Part shown: in pieces, positions 8,626 to 17,250 of the stretch
How the letters are laid out: each line of letters begins with the position of its first letter
Position numbering within the stretch: the stretch's first letter is position 1
Origin: Candidatus Diapherotrites archaeon CG08_land_8_20_14_0_20_34_12
GTDB taxonomy: Archaea; Iainarchaeota; Iainarchaeia; Iainarchaeales; 0-14-0-20-34-12
Length of the DNA stretch: 36,624 nt
Assembly: GCA_002779065.1 (NCBI GenBank)
Contig: PEXL01000035.1
Location: 1-36,624, forward strand
Direction: 5' to 3'
Made by a program: the position numbers and the translations under genes
The notes under the pieces: model-generated
What the model saw: only the letters and a program-made list of their open reading frames with translations
Told to the model about the DNA's origin: nothing
Database searches by the model: none

Positions 8626-9012
8626 GTGAATAGCGTGGCAGGAAAAGCAAAAGGGCCAATGGCAAAGACTAGAAAAAAGTTTAGGAGAAAGAAAGGTATC
8701 CTAACAGTAAATAAAATACTGGCAAAATATGAACCAGGAACTAAGGTACAAATAGATACTGACAGTTCATTCCATAGGGGTTTGCCTTTTAGAAGATACC
8801 ACGGAAAGATAGCAACAGTAAAAAAGATGAGGGGAAACTGCTGCGAACTTACATTAATGTCAGGCAATAAACCAAAACTTTTGATTGTACACCCGGTACA
8901 TTTGAAGCCAGTAAATATGGCAAAAAAGAAAGAAGCTGCAAAGGCAGAAAAAAAAGAGGCTGTAAAAACAGCCGAGAAAAAGGAAGCTGTAAGAGCAACA
9001 GTTAAAAAATAA
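8626..9012 (+). CDS. rpl21e: 50S ribosomal protein L21e with a Lys/Glu/Ala-rich C-terminal tail
   Basis: 'TRKKFRRKKG....L..YEPGTKVQIDTDSSFHRGLPFRRYHGKIATV...RG.....L.......KLLIVHPVHLKP' matches the L21e consensus. Start is GTG at 8626 or 8635. The tail is 'KKKEAAKAEKKEAVKTAEKKEAVRATVKK'. Confidence 0.9.
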   Translation: MNSVAGKAKGPMAKTRKKFRRKKGILTVNKILAKYEPGTKVQIDTDSSFHRGLPFRRYHGKIATVKKMRGNCCELTLMSGNKPKLLIVHPVHLKPVNMAKKKEAAKAEKKEAVKTAEKKEAVRATVKK

Positions 9013-9037
9013 ATTATACTAAAAATTGCGTGATATT

Positions 9038-9376
9038 ATGATTGGAGAAAAAATTCTTGAAGAAAAGTTTGTCTGTCTTCCACAGGTAAAAGAGTTATTG
9101 AAAGACAGGAAAGTGGAAGATAAGGAACCAACATATGAACAGGCAGGAAGCACAAAATACGTAAAGCAGTTTGCCAAAGTAACTGACAAACAAGCTGAAA
9201 AATTAATGGAAGAATTAATGAAACTGGAAGGAATGACACAGGAATTAGCAGTAAAGGTAGTGGATCTATTGCCAAAAGACAAGGAAATAGTAAAAGCAAT
9301 GATGAAAAAGGGAGAAACTATTAGCGACGATAATGTTACTAAAATTCTTGAACTAACTGAAAAATATTTGAAATAA
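9038..9376 (+). CDS. rpoF: DNA-directed RNA polymerase subunit Rpo4/F
   Basis: The size, the position directly after rpl21e (a conserved archaeal gene order), and the helical HRDC-like C-terminus 'ELAVKVVDLLPKDKEIVKAMM' support the call. ATG at 9038. Confidence 0.75.
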   Translation: MIGEKILEEKFVCLPQVKELLKDRKVEDKEPTYEQAGSTKYVKQFAKVTDKQAEKLMEELMKLEGMTQELAVKVVDLLPKDKEIVKAMMKKGETISDDNVTKILELTEKYLK

Positions 9377-9403
9377 ATTGGGAGAAATAATGGAGGGAGA
9401 AAT

Positions 9404-10024
9404 ATGCCATCTGAAGATTATGCACTTGTTTTGGACTATCTCCCACGGGGAAAAGGAAACGATTTCAAAGAGCAGCCGATAGTACAGCTAATTGGAACAG
9501 AATTTTTTACCCTGCTTGAGGCTGTGCCAAAGGTCGAAGATATTAAACAATTGGAAAAGGTTTACATTGGCCAGGATAAAAGGGAAAAGATTTCACTTAT
9601 TAAGAGAAGAATTTCTTACAAGGAATTAACTTCAAATGCAGAGTTAGAAATACCTGCTGCGATTGAAAGTATAATAAAAGAAAATCCGCAGAAATTCCTG
9701 GATTTTTTTAATAAATCATCTTCAATTACACTAAAAATGCATCAGCTTGAGCTTCTGCCAGGCATTGGAAAGAAGCATGTGCTGAACCTGCTGGATGAAA
9801 GGGAAAAAGGGTTATTTGCATCATTTGAGGATATAACAAAAAGGGTTTCTTTGATGCCTGATCCGGCAAAAGCAATTGTAAAAAGGGTAATAAGCGAATT
9901 GCAGGAAGAGGAAAAATATTATGTTTTCACAAGAAAGCCCATAGTGCCAGAATTCAGGAAAGATCAGCAGGGATTTAACAAAGGCTCAAGATTTAACCAA
10001 AGAAAGGAAGAAGATGAAGAGTGA
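9404..10024 (+). CDS. DUF655-family protein (OB plus helix-hairpin-helix, putative RNA/nucleotide binding)
   Basis: 'EDYALVLDYLPRGK', 'FFTLLEAVPK', 'FLDFFNKSSSITLKMHQLELLPGIGKKH' and 'FASFEDITKRV' are the hallmark DUF655 blocks. The gene sits in the conserved position after rpoF. Confidence 0.85.
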   Translation: MPSEDYALVLDYLPRGKGNDFKEQPIVQLIGTEFFTLLEAVPKVEDIKQLEKVYIGQDKREKISLIKRRISYKELTSNAELEIPAAIESIIKENPQKFLDFFNKSSSITLKMHQLELLPGIGKKHVLNLLDEREKGLFASFEDITKRVSLMPDPAKAIVKRVISELQEEEKYYVFTRKPIVPEFRKDQQGFNKGSRFNQRKEEDEE

Positions 10025-10829
10025 ATTATTCAAAGAATTAACCGATCTCATTAATAAATTCCATATTTCTCACTATGAAAATAGGCAATTTTTTATCACT
10101 GATTCTGAATTAATTAAAAAAATTGCTGAAGAATTAAATGTTTCTGAAAAGGATTCTGTTTTAATAGTCGGAACAAACCCCTTCCTTATGCGCACCTTGC
10201 AGAATGCCAAGAAGATTTTTGTTTTTGAGGAAGAAGAAAACCTGCAAAATATGATAAATGCTGAGAAGCTCAAGAATGTTAATTTGATTAATGATATTGA
10301 AGGTATTCAAAAACAAAATTTTGGCAAGATTCTGATTTTAAAAAGCATAGAAAATGAATTTATTGTTGAATTATTAAAAACAAAATTTAAAATAGGCCTT
10401 TTGATTGCACCAATATCCCTATCCAACCGATTAACAGCATTCCCGGGACTGACAAATTATACCCAATTGCCGGTAATCGTGCAGTCATACTGCAATGTTG
10501 AAGAAAAAATGAAAATAAATTCAGAGGTATTCTTCCCAAAGCCGCAAGACCAACATGTCATGATTAAATTAATTGCAAAAAAGACTGTAAGAATAGAAGA
10601 AAAACAGCATGATTTGTTTTATGAATTCTTAAAAACAATTTTCAGGTTCAAGAACAAGGATTTAACAAAAGCTTTGGGGCTTTGCATTCAGGAAATGTGC
10701 AAAAACAATAAAAAATTGAACAAAGAAAAAATACTAAAAAATATTGGTGAAATAAAAGTGGCAAAAGATAAAGTATATCTGCTTGAGGTTGAAGATTTAG
10801 GGAAGATCTTCAACACGCTGTTTTGTTAA
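10014..10829 (+). CDS. KsgA/Dim1-like 16S rRNA dimethyltransferase homolog with degenerate catalytic and SAM-binding motifs
   Basis: The position is the conserved L21e-RpoF-DUF655-KsgA order. The N-terminal 'NRQFFITDSELIKKIAE' resembles 'GQ(N/H)FL.D..i...I'. Motif I reads 'VLIVGTNPFLMRTL' instead of VLEIGPGxGxLT, and the NLPY position reads 'KSIENEF'. Confidence 0.55.
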   Translation: MKSELFKELTDLINKFHISHYENRQFFITDSELIKKIAEELNVSEKDSVLIVGTNPFLMRTLQNAKKIFVFEEEENLQNMINAEKLKNVNLINDIEGIQKQNFGKILILKSIENEFIVELLKTKFKIGLLIAPISLSNRLTAFPGLTNYTQLPVIVQSYCNVEEKMKINSEVFFPKPQDQHVMIKLIAKKTVRIEEKQHDLFYEFLKTIFRFKNKDLTKALGLCIQEMCKNNKKLNKEKILKNIGEIKVAKDKVYLLEVEDLGKIFNTLFC

Positions 10830-10842
10830 ATAAAAAAAATGA

Positions 10843-10885
10843 AATGATGTTTTTATACTGTTTTTATGATTTTCAAAACATCATT
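10843..10885. terminator. 11-bp inverted repeat with flanking T-runs between convergent genes; candidate bidirectional terminator
   Basis: AATGATGTTTT (10843..10853) pairs with AAAACATCATT (10875..10885). T5 runs lie inside and after the stem. The site is between the 3' ends at 10829 (+) and 11025 (-). Confidence 0.3.
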
Positions 10886-11024
10886 CAATAAGCTTAAAGT
10901 CAAACAGAAAGCCCTTGTTTCAGCAAAAGTTACCCCAAATATAATTTAATAGATATAACCCTATTTATTTGTTTGGTTTTTTTTCGGTTTTTGTTAGCAC
11001 TATCTAAGATAATAAGATGATTTT

Positions 11025-12551
11025 TCAGGCATACTTCCCCAAAATCATGGTTTCAAGATTAACAACAGTATGCTGAGCCGCATATTTCCTAGCAAGCTCG
11101 AGTTTCTGGTCATTATTCCCATAAATAGTATATAAAACAGTATCTGGTTTTACCTTTTCACCGAGCCAAATATTTAACAAAACACCTGCTTGCTGATCAG
11201 CAGGAGCACCAGCAGTTCTTGCAATCTTAATTAATTCTTTAATATCAAAGGAACTTATTTCCCCTTCTTTAACTGATTTTATTTCAATAAATTTATCACA
11301 AAGCTTAACCTCTTCAGAACTTATTGCTTTAGGCCCTTGCGCATTAATTATTTCTTTCATTTTTTTAAGGGCTGCACCACTTCTTAAAATTTCTTTTGCC
11401 ATATCTGTTCCCGCCCCTAACTTAGCCCTTCCAACTAATTCAAAAATTACACCGGCAAGCTCACAACTTTTTTGTGCTAATTCATCGTATACCTTGCCTT
11501 CAAGAACTTCCATAGCATACTTTGCTTCCAATGCCGGACCGAATGCCCTTCCAGATGGCTGTGCCCCATCAGTCAAAACTGATTCTACTTTCAATCCAAT
11601 CCTCTTCCCTACTTCAATAAACATATTTGCTAGTTTTTCCGCACTTACAATATCCTTTACTTTCATGGCTGGGCCGACAGGAATATCAATAACAACGTAA
11701 TGTGCACCAACAGATTCTTTCTTTGCAAGCACACTTGCAACAATCTGGCCGGGTGGATCTAAACTCAAAGGATGCTCAATCTTAATTATCTTGTCATCAA
11801 CTGGCGCAAGATCTAAAGAACCGCCCCAAACAATTACTGCCCCTATTTTTTCAGTGATTTCTTTTATTTTTTCAAAAGGCAGGGAAACATTTGCCAATAC
11901 TTCCATAGAATCTGCGGTTCCTGCAGCAGATGTAATACTTCTTGAAGATGTTTTTGGGCAGTATAATCCTGCAGCGGCAACAATCGGCACAATGATCATT
12001 GTGGCTCTTCCATTCAAACCGCCAATTGAATGTTTATCTACAACAGGCATTGCATTTATTTTCAAACGATTGCCATTCTCAACCAAGGCCTGTGTCATAA
12101 AAATTGTTTCATCAAGGGAATATCCATTTATAAAAATAGCTGAAACAAAAGCAGAGGCTTCAATCTCACTAATCCTATTCATATCCAAATCCTGAACAAT
12201 CTCAAATAGTTCTTCCTTAGTAAGATGTTTATTTTCCATTTTCTTCCGTATATATTCAAGGCTTCTTGGTGCTGGAACTACTTTAACATCTAAAATATTA
12301 GAATCGTCAATTCCTATTGCCTGAACAATACTTTCAAATACCCCTATTTCACCAGGCTGAACCATGTTTTTGGTGATATCTACAACAGTTACAATAGATC
12401 TTTTTGTTTTTGGATTATAAAGCTCAATTCTTTCAAGAGGATGCACTCCCAATTCTTTTCCATCAACTTCATTCAAAATAGCAATATATTTTCCTGCATC
12501 CAAAGCAACTTGCTTTGTTTTCAATTGTTTAGTATAATGCTCATTTACCAT
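11025..12551 (-). CDS. deoA: AMP phosphorylase (archaeal thymidine-phosphorylase family, about 500 aa with an extra N-terminal domain)
   Basis: 508 aa. 'DKHSIGGLNGRATMIIVPIVAAAGLYCPKTSSRSITSAAGTADSME' matches the nucleoside-phosphorylase family II core (KHStGG..d...l...P...a.G...pk.S.R......GT.D..E). The length and N-terminal extension fit archaeal AMPpase. Confidence 0.8.
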   Translation of the reverse strand: MVNEHYTKQLKTKQVALDAGKYIAILNEVDGKELGVHPLERIELYNPKTKRSIVTVVDITKNMVQPGEIGVFESIVQAIGIDDSNILDVKVVPAPRSLEYIRKKMENKHLTKEELFEIVQDLDMNRISEIEASAFVSAIFINGYSLDETIFMTQALVENGNRLKINAMPVVDKHSIGGLNGRATMIIVPIVAAAGLYCPKTSSRSITSAAGTADSMEVLANVSLPFEKIKEITEKIGAVIVWGGSLDLAPVDDKIIKIEHPLSLDPPGQIVASVLAKKESVGAHYVVIDIPVGPAMKVKDIVSAEKLANMFIEVGKRIGLKVESVLTDGAQPSGRAFGPALEAKYAMEVLEGKVYDELAQKSCELAGVIFELVGRAKLGAGTDMAKEILRSGAALKKMKEIINAQGPKAISSEEVKLCDKFIEIKSVKEGEISSFDIKELIKIARTAGAPADQQAGVLLNIWLGEKVKPDTVLYTIYGNNDQKLELARKYAAQHTVVNLETMILGKYA

Positions 12552-12644
12552 CTAATCACCAAAAACCAAAACTATAATTTACTTAAATATAGTAAATAAG
12601 GGGTTTTGGTATAAAAAGATTGCTTTCCTTCAAAACACACAAAA

Positions 12645-14009
12645 CTAGGCTGATTTGACAATTCCCCTGTTTCCATCAACAAGCACTTTCTGCCCATTGC
12701 TAAAAATTTTTGTTGCATTTTTAATTCCTACAATACAGGGTTTTTTCATTTCTCTTGAAACAATTGCTGCATGGCACAGCATCCCGCCCTCATCAGTAAC
12801 AATTGCTGCAGCTTTATTCATTGCAACAACGTAATCAGGATGTGTTGTAACCGCAATTAAAATATCCCCTTTCTGAACATTTTTTAGATCCGCAATTCCT
12901 TTTACAATCCTGGCGGTTCCTTCAGCAATCCCTTTGCTTGCAACCAATCCTTCAAGAATATGGTTGGCTTTTACCCCAGATGTTGTAAAATGCAATTTTT
13001 CTGAAAGGGCTTTTTCAATATTTTTGCCAGAAACGCAAACAGTTTTTTCATTTTCAATAAAAATCAAAAATCCTTTTTTTCTTTCTTCAATTAATTCTTT
13101 TTCAACCAATTTTCCTGCATTTAAAAATTCAGCAATCTCATCTTTCAGAACACAAGAAATATCTTCAAGGGCCAAATTCATTTTTCCCGCGATTAATTCA
13201 AAGAATGGCTGTGAATAGAAAACAGCCTTTCTCCTAAAATCATCCCTTACATCTTTCAAATATGCCAAATCCTTTGCAATTTTAATTATTTTTAAATCCT
13301 CTTGTGGGATATTCAATTTTGCCAAAACTTCTTCAAAACTATGCTGGTTTTTATTGTTATTTCCTAAATGTTCTAAAAATTGCCTAAATTTTTCCTCAGA
13401 AAAAGGCTTGTTATGGATATCTAAACAGGAAAGCCAGCGATATTCTTCGAACAGATTTTCAAATGTTTTGCTTTTCACATCTTCATTCAGCTGCAAAAGT
13501 GCTGCTTTTTTTGATGGCCTAAGCAATTCTGCTTCATATTCATTCACTAAGTTTACACCAGTTATTTTTTCAATATATTTTTGGATTTTTTCATGTGTCA
13601 GATGTGCATAATAATCATTCAACATGAATGCTGCCAAAAGCGCTGCAGAATACTGTGTCCAAAGAACCCAATATTTTTCATAAACAGCCAAAATTTCTTT
13701 ATTGTTAAAATATTTAACATTAGAAATCCTCTTTGATTCTTCAACATATTTATTTCCCAAATCAAAATAATCTTTTATGAATTTTTCCACAATCTCTGGG
13801 CTTGAACCATAGGTTTCTGCCAGGAATAATTCCAGATCAGCCCATTCATTTGGTTGGGCATAATAGCATTGATTGCCATTTTCCGGAACGAACGCTTGAT
13901 TCTGAATGGATTTAAGTTTAATCCTTTCATCATTCACAAACTGCATCCATAATGCAACTTCAGAATACTGCACGCCATATTCCCTTGAATAATATTTCTG
14001 CCAGTTCAT
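12645..14009 (-). CDS. Protein with a C-terminal PEP-utilising-enzyme mobile (phosphohistidine swivel) domain and an unassigned helical N-terminal region
   Basis: The C-terminus 'GIAEGTARIV.......V.KGDILIAVTTHPDYVVAMNKAAAIVTDEGGMLCHAAIVSREMKKPCIVG' is the swivel-domain signature with the catalytic His in 'CHAAIV'. No GGKGANL-type ATP-grasp motif is visible in the N-terminal region. The ATG at 14009 overlaps the HD gene stop (ATGA). Confidence 0.7.
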   Translation of the reverse strand: MNWQKYYSREYGVQYSEVALWMQFVNDERIKLKSIQNQAFVPENGNQCYYAQPNEWADLELFLAETYGSSPEIVEKFIKDYFDLGNKYVEESKRISNVKYFNNKEILAVYEKYWVLWTQYSAALLAAFMLNDYYAHLTHEKIQKYIEKITGVNLVNEYEAELLRPSKKAALLQLNEDVKSKTFENLFEEYRWLSCLDIHNKPFSEEKFRQFLEHLGNNNKNQHSFEEVLAKLNIPQEDLKIIKIAKDLAYLKDVRDDFRRKAVFYSQPFFELIAGKMNLALEDISCVLKDEIAEFLNAGKLVEKELIEERKKGFLIFIENEKTVCVSGKNIEKALSEKLHFTTSGVKANHILEGLVASKGIAEGTARIVKGIADLKNVQKGDILIAVTTHPDYVVAMNKAAAIVTDEGGMLCHAAIVSREMKKPCIVGIKNATKIFSNGQKVLVDGNRGIVKSA

Positions 14010-14539
14010 ATAAAAGACCTCAAGCAAAGTTGTTTACAAACCTTTCTAAATCGTTTTTTTATTGCATTCCTAATATTTTTTGGCTTCCCAGAATAAATAT
14101 TTGGATCATAAAGCAAACAATCAAGCAGATCAGCATCTTTCAACAATTCGACCAATTTGTTCCCAGAATATTTTTCCTTTTCACTATGCAATTTTATTGC
14201 TTCACATATCTCTTCTATTTCTTTTTTTGAAAAACCATTTGAAAGCAATAACTCTCTTGCGATTTCCGCGCCTTTTGCTGCATGTTTTTCATATTTTCCA
14301 GTTTGTATGGCATAAACATCATGCAATGCTGCAGCAGCAATTGCTTTTTCAACATCTAAACCGCGCTTGATTGCAAGCAATTTTGCTATTTGTATTACTC
14401 CGGAACTGTGTTTAAGCTCCCAAGCAATAGAATTTTCCCTTTTGTTGTCTGGAATATTTGAATTTAATATTTCTTCAAGAACTATTTTCTCGATTTTCTC
14501 GCTTCTTGGCAGATTTTCTCCAACATAATGGTGAAACAT
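14006..14539 (-). CDS. HD-domain metal-dependent phosphohydrolase
   Basis: 'H....V...A..LA' followed by 'AAALHDVY', 'KH' and 'LKDADLLD' fits the H..HD..H..D arrangement. 177 aa. Translationally coupled to the downstream swivel-domain gene. Confidence 0.7.
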   Translation of the reverse strand: MFHHYVGENLPRSEKIEKIVLEEILNSNIPDNKRENSIAWELKHSSGVIQIAKLLAIKRGLDVEKAIAAAALHDVYAIQTGKYEKHAAKGAEIARELLLSNGFSKKEIEEICEAIKLHSEKEKYSGNKLVELLKDADLLDCLLYDPNIYSGKPKNIRNAIKKRFRKVCKQLCLRSFI

Positions 14540-14647
14540 ATTTTTTGCCTCTAAAATATAATGGCTTTAAGAGTATTAATAGTTTAACCACCCCTTAGGG
14601 GGGTAATAAACAAAGAGTATATAAGGGCTTATCAGCAATATAATAAT

Positions 14648-15409
14648 ATGGAATATTCAGCACTAAAAGAAATCGGCCTTACTGAAGGGGAAATAAGGGC
14701 ATATATTGCAATTCTTGGTTTAGGAAAAACCTCTGTTGGGCCTTTAATCGGGCAGTCAAAGGTTTCGCCCTCAAAAATTTACCTTATTTTGGAAAGGCTT
14801 GTTGAAAAGGGATTGGCAACAGTTTCAATTGAAGGCAAGGTTAAGAGATTTTCACCTACAGAACCAAAATATTTATTGAAGATAATTGAAGAAAAAGGAA
14901 ATAGATTGAAGGAAACTGAAAAAAAGCTTCAGGAATTAATTCCGCAACTTGAAAAGAAAAAAGGATTAATTAAGGAGGAGGAAAGGGTTGAGATTTATCG
15001 AGGAATAAATGGAATAAAGGCATTCTTTGAATTAGGATTAAGGGAAATGAAGAAAGGGGAAATGATGTATACTCTTGGAGTGTCAAAAGAAATGAGCCGC
15101 CTATTTAATAACTATTTTAAGGATTTCCACAAGCGAAGGGCAGAGAAAGGAATATTTTGCAAATCAATCTATAATTTTGATTCCTGGCAGTATAAGAAAA
15201 GAGAAAAAAGAAAGCTCGTGGAATACAAAGTATTTCCTAAAGGGCAGAATAGCCCAACCTTTTTGTTTATCTTTAGGGATTTTGTCGGAACAATAATTGT
15301 AACAGATGATGAGCAGGTATGCACAGCAATAAAAAACAGGGAAATAGTAAAAACCCACAGGGATTATTTTGATTTAATGTGGAAAAAAGCAAAATCTGTT
15401 TTAGCATAG
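14648..15409 (+). CDS. TrmB-family transcriptional regulator
   Basis: The N-terminus 'LKEIGLTEGEIRAYIAILGLGKTSVGPLIGQSKVSPSKIYLILERLVEKGLA' is the TrmB wHTH. It is followed by a coiled-coil 'LKETEKKLQELIPQLEKKK' and a C-terminal domain. Confidence 0.75.
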   Translation: MEYSALKEIGLTEGEIRAYIAILGLGKTSVGPLIGQSKVSPSKIYLILERLVEKGLATVSIEGKVKRFSPTEPKYLLKIIEEKGNRLKETEKKLQELIPQLEKKKGLIKEEERVEIYRGINGIKAFFELGLREMKKGEMMYTLGVSKEMSRLFNNYFKDFHKRRAEKGIFCKSIYNFDSWQYKKREKRKLVEYKVFPKGQNSPTFLFIFRDFVGTIIVTDDEQVCTAIKNREIVKTHRDYFDLMWKKAKSVLA

Positions 15410-15463
15410 CACAGGCCCCAAAAACAATACTTTTTTAAAAAGCACCTAGTACTACATAGTAAT

Positions 15464-15763
15464 ATGGAACATATTAGTTTAAAATTAGAAAAAAATCTCG
15501 CAAGAGCTTTGGAAAAAGGAATGAAAGAATTCAACTATTCCACAAAAACAGAAGTAATAAGGGAAGCTCTAAGGGAAAAAATAAAACAATGGGATGAGGA
15601 AAGGAAAAAAGAGATTGCGTGGGATAATCTGTTTAAATTGCGTGGCATTTTGAAAGGAAAAGAAAGATTCAAGACAGATGAGGAATGGTATGAATGGAGA
15701 AAAAAATATGGGGAAGAACTTATGGGCGAATTAACAAAAAAATATAATATAAAAACTCAGTAA
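15464..15763 (+). CDS. Ribbon-helix-helix (CopG-like) small protein
   Basis: 'ISLKLEKNLARALEKGMKEFNYSTKTEVIREALREKI' is a beta-strand plus two-helix RHH pattern. Its 3' end overlaps the 3' end of the convergent PIN gene by 7 nt. Confidence 0.6.
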   Translation: MEHISLKLEKNLARALEKGMKEFNYSTKTEVIREALREKIKQWDEERKKEIAWDNLFKLRGILKGKERFKTDEEWYEWRKKYGEELMGELTKKYNIKTQ

Positions 15764-16182
15764 ATTTCTTCAGGCAATTTGCATTCAACTATCCCAATCT
15801 CTTGGAAGTGTTTGTCTCTCGATACCAACAATGTTTTGTTATCTCTGGCAATTATTGAATGTAATATATCGGAAGAGGGATATTTTTTATTTGACCTAAT
15901 CCAAAAAGAATAGGCCTCTGACACATGCACTTCAGCATGCATAATTTCAACAATAATATCCTTAAAACTAGAAAAAATTTCATTAACAAGTTCAATGGAA
16001 AAATATTTCAGAAGCTCTTTTTTTACGATGTCTGAAACAAAAACAATATCTTTTCGCTTCTGGCATTCTTTCAAAAACCTGAAAGCAAATTCGCCCAAAG
16101 GCCTAAGATTGTCTTTCCTATCCTCGAAGTAATCTCGCCAAATAGACGTATCTAAATAATAATTATTACTCACTATGACCAA
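15757..16182 (-). CDS. PIN-domain (VapC-like) nuclease
   Basis: The 'YYLDTSIW' N-terminal acidic motif, 'VSDIVKKEL', and a C-terminal 'ARD...LVSRDKHF' pattern are typical of PIN. No ATG is available; the start is TTG 16182 or GTG 16173 (the ORF-track TTG at 16209 is less likely). Confidence 0.6.
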   Translation of the reverse strand: MVIVSNNYYLDTSIWRDYFEDRKDNLRPLGEFAFRFLKECQKRKDIVFVSDIVKKELLKYFSIELVNEIFSSFKDIIVEIMHAEVHVSEAYSFWIRSNKKYPSSDILHSIIARDNKTLLVSRDKHFQEIGIVECKLPEEIY

Positions 16183-16289
16183 CCTCTTAGCAAATAACAA
16201 AAGAAGCAAATCAATTATAAAAGTATTTATTCATCGGAAATGCACTTCCAAAAACTAATTAAATAGATTCGAAGATTGTTTTTGTTAGC

Positions 16290-16952
16290 ATGATAGATTT
16301 CAATGAAATGATTTCAAACCACCTCAAAAGAGAAATGAGGCCAAAAACAATTGGAAGATATTATCCGAGCGAAGTTGGCTACTGTTTGAGAAAAAGTTGG
16401 TATTCTTACAAAAAGCCAAAAGAAACAGACATTGAAACAATAAAGATTTTTGAAATGGGGAATATTGTCCATAACTTTGTAGTTGATGTCTTAAACAGCG
16501 AAAAAAATCCGCATGTGGAATTGATTGAGGCTGAAAGCCCTTTTTTGCTGAATATTGACAATTTCTTAATTTCCGGCAGGATTGATGATATTATCCTTGT
16601 AACTGTTGATAATCAAAAAGCGCTGCTTGAAGTAAAATCTACTTCAAAACTGAATTATGTGAAAGAACCGCAGGACAGCCATGTAATGCAGCTGCAATTG
16701 TATTTGCATGCAAAAAAAATGCAGGTCGGGTATGTTTTGTATATTGAAAAGAATACATTGCAGAGCAAGATTTTTGAAGTGCAGTATGATGAAAATAAAG
16801 TAAATGAAATAATTGACAGATTCAGGGCAATGGATTTTTATTTAAAGCAGGATCAATTGCCGCCAGCAGAAGCAAAAATGAATGAGAAGAAAGGCTGGCT
16901 GTGCGCTTCATGCCCTTATTTTGAGGAATGTGAGAAAGAAAAAGTTCAGTAA
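16290..16952 (+). CDS. cas4: Stand-alone Cas4-like PD-(D/E)XK exonuclease with a four-Cys cluster
   Basis: N-terminal Cys in 'VGYCLRKSWY'. RecB motifs 'GRIDDI', 'LLEVKS' and 'QLQLYL'. C-terminal 'CASCPYFEEC'. No CRISPR array or other cas genes are in the window. Confidence 0.7.
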   Translation: MIDFNEMISNHLKREMRPKTIGRYYPSEVGYCLRKSWYSYKKPKETDIETIKIFEMGNIVHNFVVDVLNSEKNPHVELIEAESPFLLNIDNFLISGRIDDIILVTVDNQKALLEVKSTSKLNYVKEPQDSHVMQLQLYLHAKKMQVGYVLYIEKNTLQSKIFEVQYDENKVNEIIDRFRAMDFYLKQDQLPPAEAKMNEKKGWLCASCPYFEECEKEKVQ

Positions 16953-17216
16953 TTATTTTATCCCAAGCCATTTTTCATATTGCTTGTGGTTGCCAACAAA
17001 AACAATTTTTCTAATCAGAACTCTTTCATCTGTTTTGAAAACAATGCGGTATTGCCCAGCTTCAACAACATAACAATTAATGTAATAAAGATGTCTTGCT
17101 GAAATTTCCAACTTTAATTGTGCAATCTTTTTCAGAATTTTTTCTTGGACAGATTTATCAAATTTTATGAAATTGATGTTCCAATCGCTAATGTACTCTA
17201 TCGAATAGTCTTGCAT
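16953..17216 (-). CDS. RelE/ParE-family toxin
   Basis: 87 aa with 'GQYRIVFKTDERVLIRKIVFVGNHKQYEKW' (the RelE C-terminal pattern). It lies downstream of a small RHH-type gene. Its stop codon abuts the cas4-like stop with 0 nt between them. Confidence 0.65.
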   Translation of the reverse strand: MQDYSIEYISDWNINFIKFDKSVQEKILKKIAQLKLEISARHLYYINCYVVEAGQYRIVFKTDERVLIRKIVFVGNHKQYEKWLGIK

Positions 17217-17250
17217 CTAATCCAACTCTCTCAGCTAAAGAATACCTATA

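Noticed and set aside
14590-14604. ACCCC-TTAGG-GGGGT dyad in the HD/TrmB divergent promoter as a TrmB operator (a similar GGGGT-TATAAATATAT-ACCCC lies at about 216..236)
   Set aside because: The arms are only 5 bp and the two sites have opposite arm order. This is suggestive but too short to call without binding data or genome-wide enrichment.
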